Positions 1 to 9,161 of a DNA stretch of 55,456 nucleotides are shown piece by piece. The stretch is from Brevibacterium luteolum. Lineage in GTDB: Bacteria > Actinomycetota > Actinomycetes > Actinomycetales > Brevibacteriaceae. The notes beneath the pieces are model-generated. The model was not told the origin of the DNA. It was given only the letters and a program-made list of their open reading frames with translations, and searched no databases. Location of the stretch: the NCBI RefSeq assembly GCF_013004595.1, contig NZ_JABEMC010000007.1, positions 62,001-117,456 on the forward strand, in the 5' to 3' direction. Position 1 is the first letter of the stretch; every line of letters begins with the position of its first letter. A program made the translations under genes and the position numbers.

Positions 1-101
1 CTTCGGACGTCACGCCATCTCCCTCCTCACCTATAGCCTAGTTCGGGCCCGGCTGCGAGCGAAGCCCCTGGGTCAGAGGCCGGCTGTGCCATCATTCGGG
101 T

Positions 102-1541
102 ATGACGATTCACGATGCTTCCCTGCACACACTCACCATCGCCGAGGCGGTGGCCGCCTTCCGCACCCAAGATCTCACCCCCACGGCGTACCTGGAGGCA
201 TGCATCCGGCGCATCGAGGCCCTCGATGACAGCTTCAACGCCGTCATGGACATCATGGCCGAACCTGCCCGCGAGGCCGCAGCCACCGCAACTGAGGCCT
301 ACCGTGCTGGCGGGCGCGACCTGCCGCCGCTGCTGGGGATCCCGCTGCTCGTCAAGGAGCAGCACGACGTCGCCGGCTGCTCGGCGACCCGCGGGTCGCA
401 GGCGCTCGCCGGTCGCATCGCGGCTGCCGACCATCCGATCGTCGCCCGGTTGCGGGCTGCTGGAGCGATTCCGTTCGCCCGCACGACCACGCCCGAGATG
501 TCGTGTGCGACCTTCACGCAGACCCGTGAGTGGGGCATCACCCGCAACCCCTTCAATCCCGAGCGCACCCCCGGCGGATCCTCCGGCGGCTCCGGTGCAG
601 CGGTCGCGCTCGGCTACGCGCCGCTGGCCACCGCCAGCGATATCGCCGGCTCGACCCGCATTCCGGCGGCGTTTTGCGGGCTGCCCGGGTTCAAGACCCC
701 TTTCGGCCGCACCCCGGCGACCCCGCCGCTCAACCAGGACTGGTACCGCGGTGATCACATCCTCGCCCGCACCGTCGCCGACACCGCCCTGGCCACCGGC
801 ATCATCTGCGGTCTCGACCCCACCGACCACGGCACTGTGCCGACGCCGCAGCCCTACCCCGGCGCTGAGCTCACCGGCGACCTCGTCTCAGGCGAGCTCA
901 CCGGTCTGCGGATCGGCATCAGCCCGGACCTCGGCTGCTACGACGTCGACCCGGATGTCGCCGCCGGCCTGCAGCGTGCCGCTGATGCGCTGGCTGCCGC
1001 GGGTGCGCAGGTCGCCGACATCGACCTCAACCTCAGCCTCGCCGACATCACCGATGCGTCGATGGCCCACTACGGGCACTTCCTGGCCGGCAACATCCGC
1101 CGCATGAGCGACGGACGCACCGAACTGCTCGAACCGTACACGCAGCGCTTCCTCGAACTCACCCAGCGCTGGGCCAGCCGGTTCTCTGTCGTCGACTCCC
1201 TCGTGATCGAGAACCGCATCCAGACCCAGATCGCTGCCGTGCTCTCCGACGTCGACGCGTTCCTGACTCCCACCTCGGCGGTGGCGAGTCTGCCTGTCGA
1301 CGACTTCTTTATGGACGGCCTCGATGGATGCGAGTTCTACTGGCAACGGCACATGACGGTACCGTTCAACATCGCCAACCGGCTGCCGGTCATGGCGATG
1401 CCGACCGGGGTCGCCGCCGACGGCGTGCCGACGAGTGCGCAGGTCGTCGGCCGCGCCTATGACGATGCCACCGTCTTTCGGATCGCCGCCGCACTCGAAG
1501 CCCGGTTGCCGGCCCTCACTCCTGAGGCGTCACCGCGGTGA
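102..1541 (+). CDS. Amidase signature family enzyme
   Basis: 479 aa; LLVKE (catalytic Lys), TPGGSSGGSGAAVA and ASDIAGSTRIPAA amidase signature motifs. Confidence 0.92.
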   Translation: MTIHDASLHTLTIAEAVAAFRTQDLTPTAYLEACIRRIEALDDSFNAVMDIMAEPAREAAATATEAYRAGGRDLPPLLGIPLLVKEQHDVAGCSATRGSQALAGRIAAADHPIVARLRAAGAIPFARTTTPEMSCATFTQTREWGITRNPFNPERTPGGSSGGSGAAVALGYAPLATASDIAGSTRIPAAFCGLPGFKTPFGRTPATPPLNQDWYRGDHILARTVADTALATGIICGLDPTDHGTVPTPQPYPGAELTGDLVSGELTGLRIGISPDLGCYDVDPDVAAGLQRAADALAAAGAQVADIDLNLSLADITDASMAHYGHFLAGNIRRMSDGRTELLEPYTQRFLELTQRWASRFSVVDSLVIENRIQTQIAAVLSDVDAFLTPTSAVASLPVDDFFMDGLDGCEFYWQRHMTVPFNIANRLPVMAMPTGVAADGVPTSAQVVGRAYDDATVFRIAAALEARLPALTPEASPR

Positions 1542-1614
1542 TGTCGGTGACGACCCTGTCGTCGCCGTCCTCTGCGCAGATCGACCTGCCACACCTGCCC
1601 GCTGCTGTTGACAG

Positions 1615-2030
1615 TCAGCAGGGCTGGGCTGACTGCCCGATCGTCGAGATCCGCTCACTCGGCAGCTCCTCCGCTGCGACCCCGGAGCCGTCGGGTGTGA
1701 AGGCGAGGTAGCTGTCGCGCGGGATATCGCGGTCGATCGAGTTCTCGGACACGACGACGCTGAGGGTCCCGTCGCAGTTCGACAGGCTGGTGAACTCTCC
1801 GCACAGCACGTGCCGCTTGAGCTCACCAGGAGCGTTCGTCGCCATCGCCACCGACTCCGGTTCGGGGTGGTCGTAGGTGACGAGCTCGTCTGAGAGCACA
1901 GAGTCGTGCCCGGCATCGGAGTGGAAGATGTGCCCGTCGGCAGAGGCGACCGTGCCGGTCTTGATGCCACCGGTCCGGTGCACCGAACAGGTGCCGTCGG
2001 CATGGACGAGGTGGAGCGTCCCGGCTTGGC
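1615..2030 (-). pseudogene. Probable 5'-truncated gene remnant of unknown function
   Basis: Open frame with strong G/C third-position bias (AGTLHLVHADGTCSVHRTGGIK...SAQPC*). No convincing start or RBS downstream of the permease stop at 2057. Confidence 0.4.
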
Positions 2031-2056
2031 CGCCCGGCCACCGCCTCGGGCCCGGT

Positions 2057-3529
2057 TCACCAGGCGGGACCGTCGGTGCCGCGGCGGGCCCGGATCTTCT
2101 CCAGCAGCTGGTCCTCAGCATCGGGGCCTGCGTGGATGCCGCCGGGGACGCGGAGCATCAGCGCGACGCCCACGAGCATCCAGACGCCGAACATGAGGTA
2201 GGACTGCCAGTCGAGGGTGACCGAAAGCGGGGTGAGCTCCGGGATGTACATGACGAACAGCACCGCGGTGAGCACAACAGCGATGACGCCGATGACTATG
2301 CCGCCGTTGCCGGCGCCGCCGATGCGCATCGGGCGTTCCATGTCAGGTTCGCGGCGGCGCAGGATGAGGAAGGTGATCGAGACCATGCAGTAGGTCAGCA
2401 CGATCATCGGCGAGCCGGCGTCGACGGCCCAGCCGAGCATCGCGGTGCCGAGGAACGGGGCGGCAGCGGAGAGCACGCCGATGAACAGCAGTGCGTTGAC
2501 CGGGGTGCCGTACTTCGGGTGGAGGACGGCGAACCACTGCGGGATCATGCCCGAACGTGCCATCGCCCACATGAGGCGGGAGGAGCCGATGAGGAATGCG
2601 ATCCACGAGGTGATGATGCCGGCCAGACCGCCGGCGATGACGATCTTGCCCATGAGGTCCGAGCCGAACATCGCCGCGACCGCATCGGCGGTGGCGAGAT
2701 CGAGGCCGACGAGCTGATCGGCCGGCAGGGCGAGTGAGGTCGTGAAGATGACGACGAGGTAGAAGACGACGGCCATGACGACGGAGAAGACGACGAGGCG
2801 GGCGATCCTGCGCGGCGGGATGCGGATCTCCTCAGCCGACTGCGGGATGACGTCGAAGCCGACGAACAGGAACGGCACTACGGCCAGCACGAGCATGAAC
2901 CCGCCGACTCCGCCGTGGAAGAGCGGCTGGGTATTGGCGGTGTCGCCGCCGACGAATGCGCCGGCGATGAGCACGAGGGCCACGAGCAGCAGGAAGGACA
3001 CGACGAAGGTCTGCACCAGCGAGGTCATCTTGATGCCGCGGATGTTGAGCCAGGTGAGCAGCACCGCTGTGATCGAGCCGATGAGCGCCCAGGTCAGGTG
3101 GACGTCGAAGCCGGCGACCGTCCACAGGTGGATGTGCTCGATGTTGGGCACCAGGTAGGTCATGGTGCGCGGCACGGCGACGGCCTCGAACATGACGACG
3201 CCGATGTATCCGCCGGTGATGCCCCAGGAGCCGAGCATCGCCAGGCGCGGGCCCATGCCGCGCATGAGGTAGTTGTGCTCACCGCCGGCATGCGGCATCG
3301 CGGCGACGAGCTCAGAGTAGACAACGCCGACGAAGCCCATGATGACACCGCCGGCGGCGAAGGCGAGCAGCGCGCCGAGCGTTCCGGCGTCATCGAGCCA
3401 GCCGCCGGTCAGCACGATCCAGCCGAAGCCGATCATCGCGCCGAAGCCGATGAAGAGGACGTCGATCGTGCCCAGTGCCTTGACGAACCCGTGGCCCCGA
3501 TCCTCGGATGCAGAGTGTTCGTGAGTCAT
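2057..3529 (-). CDS. APC-family amino acid permease
   Basis: 490 aa, about 12 hydrophobic segments; GAMIGFG, YSELVAAMPHAGGE, FVGFDVIPQSAEE, SSRLMWAMARSG; AAGGAAG RBS upstream. Confidence 0.93.
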   Translation of the reverse strand: MTHEHSASEDRGHGFVKALGTIDVLFIGFGAMIGFGWIVLTGGWLDDAGTLGALLAFAAGGVIMGFVGVVYSELVAAMPHAGGEHNYLMRGMGPRLAMLGSWGITGGYIGVVMFEAVAVPRTMTYLVPNIEHIHLWTVAGFDVHLTWALIGSITAVLLTWLNIRGIKMTSLVQTFVVSFLLLVALVLIAGAFVGGDTANTQPLFHGGVGGFMLVLAVVPFLFVGFDVIPQSAEEIRIPPRRIARLVVFSVVMAVVFYLVVIFTTSLALPADQLVGLDLATADAVAAMFGSDLMGKIVIAGGLAGIITSWIAFLIGSSRLMWAMARSGMIPQWFAVLHPKYGTPVNALLFIGVLSAAAPFLGTAMLGWAVDAGSPMIVLTYCMVSITFLILRRREPDMERPMRIGGAGNGGIVIGVIAVVLTAVLFVMYIPELTPLSVTLDWQSYLMFGVWMLVGVALMLRVPGGIHAGPDAEDQLLEKIRARRGTDGPAW

Positions 3530-3679
3530 GAATCCAACTTCCTTGTCGCTCTCATCGGCCGAGGCTTGCCGTGGCCGAGAAAAATCACCGTGCTGCTGAG
3601 CACAGCGGCCAGTCTGTGACTAGGATTACGCTGTGCTGAGAGAAACGATAGCCCATCGCCTATCCCGGTCTGGACAGTA

Positions 3680-4999
3680 GTGTCCCCTCCGGCTCGGATC
3701 ATCGTCGGCTTCGCCGTGGTCATCACCATCGGCTCGGCCCTGCTCATGCTGCCTGCAGCCACCACGGCCCCGGGCGGCATCGGCGTCATCGACGCGCTGT
3801 TCACCACCACCTCGGCGTTCTCCGTCACCGGGCTCGTCGTCCTCGACACGGGTCAGGACTTCACGCTCTTCGGCCAGCTCGTCATCCTCGCGCTCATCCA
3901 GATCGGCGGGCTCGGCGTCATGGTCTTCACGATGCTGCTGGCGATGCTCGTCGCCCGCCGCACCGGCCTGCAGCTGCGTCAGACGGTCGCTGCCGAGACG
4001 AAGACCGAGGACTTCGGCGGGCTGCGGCCGATGGTGCTGCGGATCCTCGCGTTCTCGGCCGTGACCGAGGCGGTGGTCGCCTGCCTGCTCAGCGTCCGGT
4101 TCGCCACCCGGTATGCCGACACACCCGGTGAGGGGATCTACCACGGCATCTTCCATGCGATCTCGGCGTTCAACAACGCCGGGTTCGCGCTGCGGGCCGA
4201 CTCGATCATGCCCTATGCCGGGGACCCCTTCATCAGCCTGCCGATCTGCTTGGCCGTCATCATCGGCGGGATGGGCTTCCCGGTGCTCACCGAACTCGCC
4301 TACCGCTACCGGTTCCCGATGCGCTGGTCGATGACAACCCGCATCGTCGTGTGCCTCACCCCGATCATGCTCGTCGCAGGCACCCTCTTCCTGCTCGCCC
4401 AGGAATGGTCGAACGAGGCGACAATGGGTCACCTCAACGGCTGGCAGAAGCTGCTGGCGGCGTTCTTCCAATCGACGATCGCGCGGACCGCCGGCTTCAA
4501 CTCGATCGACATCGCCGAGATGCACCCGGTGTCGTGGTTCGGCCTCGACATCCTCATGTTCATCGGCGGCGGCCCGGCCGGCACCGCCGGCGGTGTCAAG
4601 CTCACCACCGTCGCGGTGCTTGCGGCGATGACGTGGGCGGAGATCTCCGGCCGGCGCACCGTCGTCCTCTTCGGCCGACGGGTCTCCCGCTTCGTCCATC
4701 GTCAGGCGACGACGGTCATCGTGCTGGCGCTGACCCTCATCGTCTCGGCGACGATGGCGATCATGCTCATCGACCCGCACCTCGGGTTCGATCAGGTGCT
4801 CTTCGAAGTCGTCTCCGCGTTTGCGACTGTCGGTCTGTCGACGGGGATCACCGGCGACCTGCCGCCGGCTGCGCAGTGCATCATCATCTTGGTCATGGCC
4901 ACCGGCCGCATCGGCCCGGTCATGCTCGCCTCGGCGCTGGCGCTGCGCCGCCACCGCGAACAGCACGAACTGCCCAAGGAACGCCCGCTCATCGGCTGA
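3680..4999 (+). CDS. ktrB: Trk/Ktr potassium uptake membrane subunit
   Basis: Four pore-loop motifs: SAFSVTGL, SAFNNAGF, ARTAGF, SAFATVGLS; also GTAGGVK. Confidence 0.92.
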   Translation: MSPPARIIVGFAVVITIGSALLMLPAATTAPGGIGVIDALFTTTSAFSVTGLVVLDTGQDFTLFGQLVILALIQIGGLGVMVFTMLLAMLVARRTGLQLRQTVAAETKTEDFGGLRPMVLRILAFSAVTEAVVACLLSVRFATRYADTPGEGIYHGIFHAISAFNNAGFALRADSIMPYAGDPFISLPICLAVIIGGMGFPVLTELAYRYRFPMRWSMTTRIVVCLTPIMLVAGTLFLLAQEWSNEATMGHLNGWQKLLAAFFQSTIARTAGFNSIDIAEMHPVSWFGLDILMFIGGGPAGTAGGVKLTTVAVLAAMTWAEISGRRTVVLFGRRVSRFVHRQATTVIVLALTLIVSATMAIMLIDPHLGFDQVLFEVVSAFATVGLSTGITGDLPPAAQCIIILVMATGRIGPVMLASALALRRHREQHELPKERPLIG

Positions 5000-5022
5000 G
5001 CGGCGCTGAGAGGAAACCTGTC

Positions 5023-5754
5023 ATGACCGACCCGCACGCACCCTGGCACTCCCGCGCCCGCACCTTCTTCACCGGCGACCCGACGCCGATGGCCGAGCAC
5101 GGCGCGGTCGTCGTCATCGGGCTCGGCCGCTTCGGCGCCTCGCTGGCCCGTGAGCTCACCTCGCTCGGCGTCGACGTTGTCGGCATCGACTGCGATGAGG
5201 CCATCGTCGAGAGCCTGCGTGATGAGCTTCCCTTCGTCACCCGCGCCGACGCGACCCAGGATGCAGCGCTCACCCAACTCGGAGTGCCCGAAGCCAGTAG
5301 GGTCATCATCGCGATCGGCTCAGACCTGGAGGCGAGCATCCTGGCGGCCTCCCGCATCCTGCGCAGCGGCAACGACCGGGTGTGGGCCAAGGCGATCTCC
5401 GAACCGCACGCTGAGATCCTCGCGCAGCTGGGCGTCAAGCAGATCGTCAACCCAGAAGACGATATGGGCCGCCGGCTGGCGCATCTCATCCGCGGGCACA
5501 TGTCCGATTTCCTGCGCATCGACAGCGATTACGCCATCGTGCGCACGACCCCGCCGGTGCGGGTGCTCGGCCAGCCGCTGAGCGCGCTCGGGCTGCGCGG
5601 GACGCATGGGGTCACCGTCATCGCCGTCAAGCATCCCGGTGCCGGGTGGGCGAACACGGACGGTGGGACGGTGCTGGAGGCTGATGATGAGATCATCATC
5701 GCTGGTGCCCCCGATGCCGTCGAGCGCTTCAGCGCCCTGGACAAACACGTCTGA
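5023..5754 (+). CDS. ktrA: Trk/Ktr potassium uptake regulatory subunit (RCK_N + RCK_C)
   Basis: VIGLGRFG Rossmann motif, NPEDDMGRRLA; AGGAAA RBS before ATG 5023. The upstream part of ORF 4351 is a shadow frame of ktrB. Confidence 0.92.
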   Translation: MTDPHAPWHSRARTFFTGDPTPMAEHGAVVVIGLGRFGASLARELTSLGVDVVGIDCDEAIVESLRDELPFVTRADATQDAALTQLGVPEASRVIIAIGSDLEASILAASRILRSGNDRVWAKAISEPHAEILAQLGVKQIVNPEDDMGRRLAHLIRGHMSDFLRIDSDYAIVRTTPPVRVLGQPLSALGLRGTHGVTVIAVKHPGAGWANTDGGTVLEADDEIIIAGAPDAVERFSALDKHV

Positions 5755-5766
5755 GCCTGCGGTGCA

Positions 5767-5801
5767 GCTGAGCCCGCCGCGACCTCGGCGGCGGGCTCAG
5801 C
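5767..5801. terminator. Hairpin between convergent genes, likely terminator
   Basis: GCTGAGCCCGCCGC / GCGGCGGGCTCAGC, perfect 14-bp stem with 7-nt loop. Confidence 0.65.
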
Positions 5802-5826
5802 GCAGGTGGACTCGGCGAACGAGTGC

Positions 5827-6606
5827 TCAGGACAGCGCGACCTCGACGGGGGTGGAGAAGAAGCCGCCTTCGAAGATCAGCCGATCGGGCGTCACATCGG
5901 CGGGGACGTCGAAGACGATCGTGCCCGAGGCGGTGTTGCCCGGGTTGATCTCCTCTAGCAGCAGCGAATCCTCCCCGGCGTAGATCCCGGCCTCGGAATC
6001 CGAGGAGTAGGTGTTGCCGGCGTCGTCTGCGAGCTTGATGCTGTCCTCGAAGAAGTACTCCGGTGAGCTGGAGGTGTTCTTCACCGACATCTTCACGGTG
6101 ACGAACTGTCCCTGCGCCTGCGCGTTGAGGAACTCGTCACCGACTGTCGAGATGCCGTCCTCGACGCTGCTGACGGTGATCTCCCAGCCGTCGGCTTCAA
6201 CGGTGTCGCCGATGCCGTACGTCGCTGCCGCCGGCTCCTCGTCGGCAGCGTCGGCCTCACCGGCTCCGGATTCCTCGGCCGAGGTGTCGGCTTCCTCCGC
6301 AGCGCCCTGCTCGTCGGCTGGTCCGGAGGTGTCATCGCCGCCGGCGATCGAGCTGATGATCGCGATGAGGACGATGCCGATGATGAGCCAGAACCACCAG
6401 CGCTTGAACAGCGGCTTCTTCTGCTTCACCGGCGGCTGCGCGCCCCACTGCTGCTGGGTGCCCACGGGCGCGGTCTGCCCATCGACCTGCCCGTACGGGC
6501 CCTGCTGACCATACGGTCCGGTCTGCGCGTGCTGAGGGTGCTGTGGGCCCGGCTGGCCCGGCTGGGAATCCGGCTGCGGCTGTGCGGGGTCGTAGGGGTT
6601 GGACAT
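5827..6606 (-). CDS. DUF4352-domain membrane-anchored protein
   Basis: P/Q/G-rich N-terminus, KKPLFKRWWFW followed by a TM helix, C-terminal Ig-like domain ending EEINPGNTASGTIVFDVP; AAGGAG RBS. Confidence 0.8.
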   Translation of the reverse strand: MSNPYDPAQPQPDSQPGQPGPQHPQHAQTGPYGQQGPYGQVDGQTAPVGTQQQWGAQPPVKQKKPLFKRWWFWLIIGIVLIAIISSIAGGDDTSGPADEQGAAEEADTSAEESGAGEADAADEEPAAATYGIGDTVEADGWEITVSSVEDGISTVGDEFLNAQAQGQFVTVKMSVKNTSSSPEYFFEDSIKLADDAGNTYSSDSEAGIYAGEDSLLLEEINPGNTASGTIVFDVPADVTPDRLIFEGGFFSTPVEVALS

Positions 6607-6832
6607 GACGCTCCTTGATCGAGTCGAGCCCGGTGCCGCCGAGTGGCCGCGCTGCGGGCGCTGGTGGCAGCTGGAGTCCAGCTGCCGGGGTGATGATTCT
6701 GACCTCTCCAGCCTCATCGAGCGCCGGGTGCTGCGCGTCCGCCGATCGGCTCGACTGCGCGAGCTCATCGGTGGACACAGCATGAGCCGGTTGGCCGACT
6801 GGCAGGTCTGTGCCGGCGGATACGATGCAGTT

Positions 6833-8374
6833 GTGTCAGGTCATCCATCCCAGCCGCCAAGCCGCAGGCCAGCAGCCCCGCGGTATGCGCCTCCAGCTCA
6901 CGGTCCGGAGGCGCCTGCCGGCGTGCCAGGATCACCTGCGCAGGGCAGCGGTGGGCACGCGGGCAGCGCACCGCACCCAGCCACCGCCTCGGGCCCGGCT
7001 GCCGCGCCAGCACCTCCAGCCCGGACGGCGGACCGGCAGCTGCCGGGCAGCCGGTTTCCGCGCTGGCTGCGCATCGCCACGAGCATCGTCGTCGGCATCG
7101 TCACCTACCTCATCGGCCTCATCATCTCGATGATGGCGCTCATCGCTGCGCCCTGGGCCTTCGATGACGGGCAGCTCGGCAACCTCGGCGTGATGACCGT
7201 GCTCGTCCTCGTGCCGCTGTGGGCAACCGTCTTCGTCCGGCATCGGTGGCCGTGGGCGCCGTTCATCGTCGGTGCGATGCTCGCCGCCGGCTGGGGCGAC
7301 TGCCTGCTCATGCTCATCGGCATGTTCCACCTGCTCATCCGCAGCCCCCGTCGGCAGGCTCTCATCGCCGCCATCGCAGGCGGTCTGCTCACGACGGTCT
7401 CCACGCTCCGGCTGTGCCTGAACCGCACTGAGCTCAACCCGTACTCCATCCTGTTCATCGACCCCGGCATCCAGCCCACCGGGCTCGCCACCGCCGCGCC
7501 GCCCCCGGAGTCCGCCACTGCCGTCAACGGGCTGACGATCGCCGTTGCGGCGGTGGCGTTCGGGCTCAGCCTGGGATTCGGTCTGCTGCTGCGCCGCACC
7601 CGCCGGATGCAGGCCGTCGAGGCCTTCGCCTCCCATGAAGTCGAGCTCAACGCGGCACTGACAGCCGAACTCGCCCGGCAGTCCGAACGCGAGCTGCTCG
7701 CTCGCGAACTCCACGACACGCTCTCCCACCGGCTGTCGATCATCTCGCTGCACAGCGGCGCATTGGAAGTCGGCTCAGACTCCGCAGCCGATGTCACCTC
7801 CACCGCCTCAGCGCTGCGCCGGGAGGCGCACGCCTCGCTTGAGGAGCTGCGCCACCTCGTCGGCGGGGTGCGGGCTGGGACGCTTGCCGGCGTGCAGGCC
7901 CGGCGCCACGCCTCGACCCCGCCCAACCTCGCCTCGATGCGGTCCCTGCCTCAGCTCATCGCCTCCGTGCAGGCGACCGGCACCGTCATCCGGCAGACGA
8001 TCATCATCGAAGACCTCGACAGCGCCCCGACTCCCGTCGACCGCGCCGCCTATCGGATCGTGCAGGAGGCGCTGACCAACGCGATGAAGCACGCGCCCGG
8101 TGCGCCGGTCGAGCTGAGTGTGACCGCCTCGGCGGCTGCCGGGGTGCGGATCCGGGTGTCGAATCCGGTTCCCGCGGCCGAGGCGGCAGGCACCTCGGAT
8201 CTCTCGTACACCGGTTCAGGTGCGGGGCTGGAGACGATCCGCGAGCGTGCGGCCGCGTTCGGCGGGCACGCCCAGCTCGGGGTGCACGGCGGCGAGTTCG
8301 TCGTCGATGTCGTCTTCCCGCCGTTCAACCGGCCGGCACCTCCGCTCGCCCCGGCCGACCCTTCGGGCCCCTGA
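6833..8374 (+). CDS. Membrane sensor histidine kinase (HisKA_3 / NarQ-like)
   Basis: ARELHDTLSHRLS H-box, AAYRIVQEALTNAMKHA N-box, GSGAGL G-box. Start chosen at GTG 6 nt after TACGAT. Confidence 0.9.
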   Translation: MSGHPSQPPSRRPAAPRYAPPAHGPEAPAGVPGSPAQGSGGHAGSAPHPATASGPAAAPAPPARTADRQLPGSRFPRWLRIATSIVVGIVTYLIGLIISMMALIAAPWAFDDGQLGNLGVMTVLVLVPLWATVFVRHRWPWAPFIVGAMLAAGWGDCLLMLIGMFHLLIRSPRRQALIAAIAGGLLTTVSTLRLCLNRTELNPYSILFIDPGIQPTGLATAAPPPESATAVNGLTIAVAAVAFGLSLGFGLLLRRTRRMQAVEAFASHEVELNAALTAELARQSERELLARELHDTLSHRLSIISLHSGALEVGSDSAADVTSTASALRREAHASLEELRHLVGGVRAGTLAGVQARRHASTPPNLASMRSLPQLIASVQATGTVIRQTIIIEDLDSAPTPVDRAAYRIVQEALTNAMKHAPGAPVELSVTASAAAGVRIRVSNPVPAAEAAGTSDLSYTGSGAGLETIRERAAAFGGHAQLGVHGGEFVVDVVFPPFNRPAPPLAPADPSGP

Positions 8375-8447
8375 CCTGTCTCCACCCAGTCCTCGCACCT
8401 CCCGTGCTGCTCCGGAGTGGGCCGGGTCCTCCGGTAATGTTGCAGTC

Positions 8448-9161
8448 ATGACCGACACCGATGCCCCGATCCGTGTCGTCGTTGTCGACGACGATCCGAT
8501 GGTCGTCACCGGCATCAAAGGCATCCTGGCCGCCGCTGCCGGCATCGATGTCGTCGGCTCGGCGCTCAGCGGCGAAGAGTCTCTCGAACAGGTCGCCCTG
8601 CACTTTCCCGATGTGGTGCTCATGGACATCCGGATGCCGGGCATCGGCGGCATCGAGGCGATCGAGCGCCTCGTCAACGGAGTCCGCCCGCCCACTGTTG
8701 TGGCACTGACGAGCTTCGACAGCGACGACTACCTCTTCCGCGCGCTCGCGGCAGGGGCCGCCGGCTATCTGCTCAAGGACATCGGCCCGGTCGACCTCGC
8801 CGAGGCGATCCGCACCGTCCATCGGGGCGAGCCGATCCTCTCACCGCATTCGCTGCGGCAGGTGCTCAACACCGTCGTGGCGAACCGCGATCAGCAGCTG
8901 CAGCGCGACGCCGTCGAGCTGCTGGCCGAACTGACGGACCGGGAGCTGGAGATCGCCGCGCGGGTGGCCGAAGGGCTGTCGAATCAGGAGATCGCTGAGG
9001 CCACCTTCATGAGCCCGGCGACGGTCAAAACCCACCTCAACCGGATCAACGCCAAGCTCGACACGAGCAACCGCGTCCACATCGCCGTCATGGTTGAGCG
9101 GGCGCGGATGTCCGGGACTGCCCCGCCGCGGCTGCACCCTGCGCCTCGCCGGCAGCCCTGA
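8448..9161 (+). CDS. NarL/LuxR-family response regulator
   Basis: VVVVDDD, DVVLMDIRMP, GYLLKD receiver motifs; LTDRELEIA...GLSNQEIA...TVKTH HTH. Confidence 0.94.
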   Translation: MTDTDAPIRVVVVDDDPMVVTGIKGILAAAAGIDVVGSALSGEESLEQVALHFPDVVLMDIRMPGIGGIEAIERLVNGVRPPTVVALTSFDSDDYLFRALAAGAAGYLLKDIGPVDLAEAIRTVHRGEPILSPHSLRQVLNTVVANRDQQLQRDAVELLAELTDRELEIAARVAEGLSNQEIAEATFMSPATVKTHLNRINAKLDTSNRVHIAVMVERARMSGTAPPRLHPAPRRQP

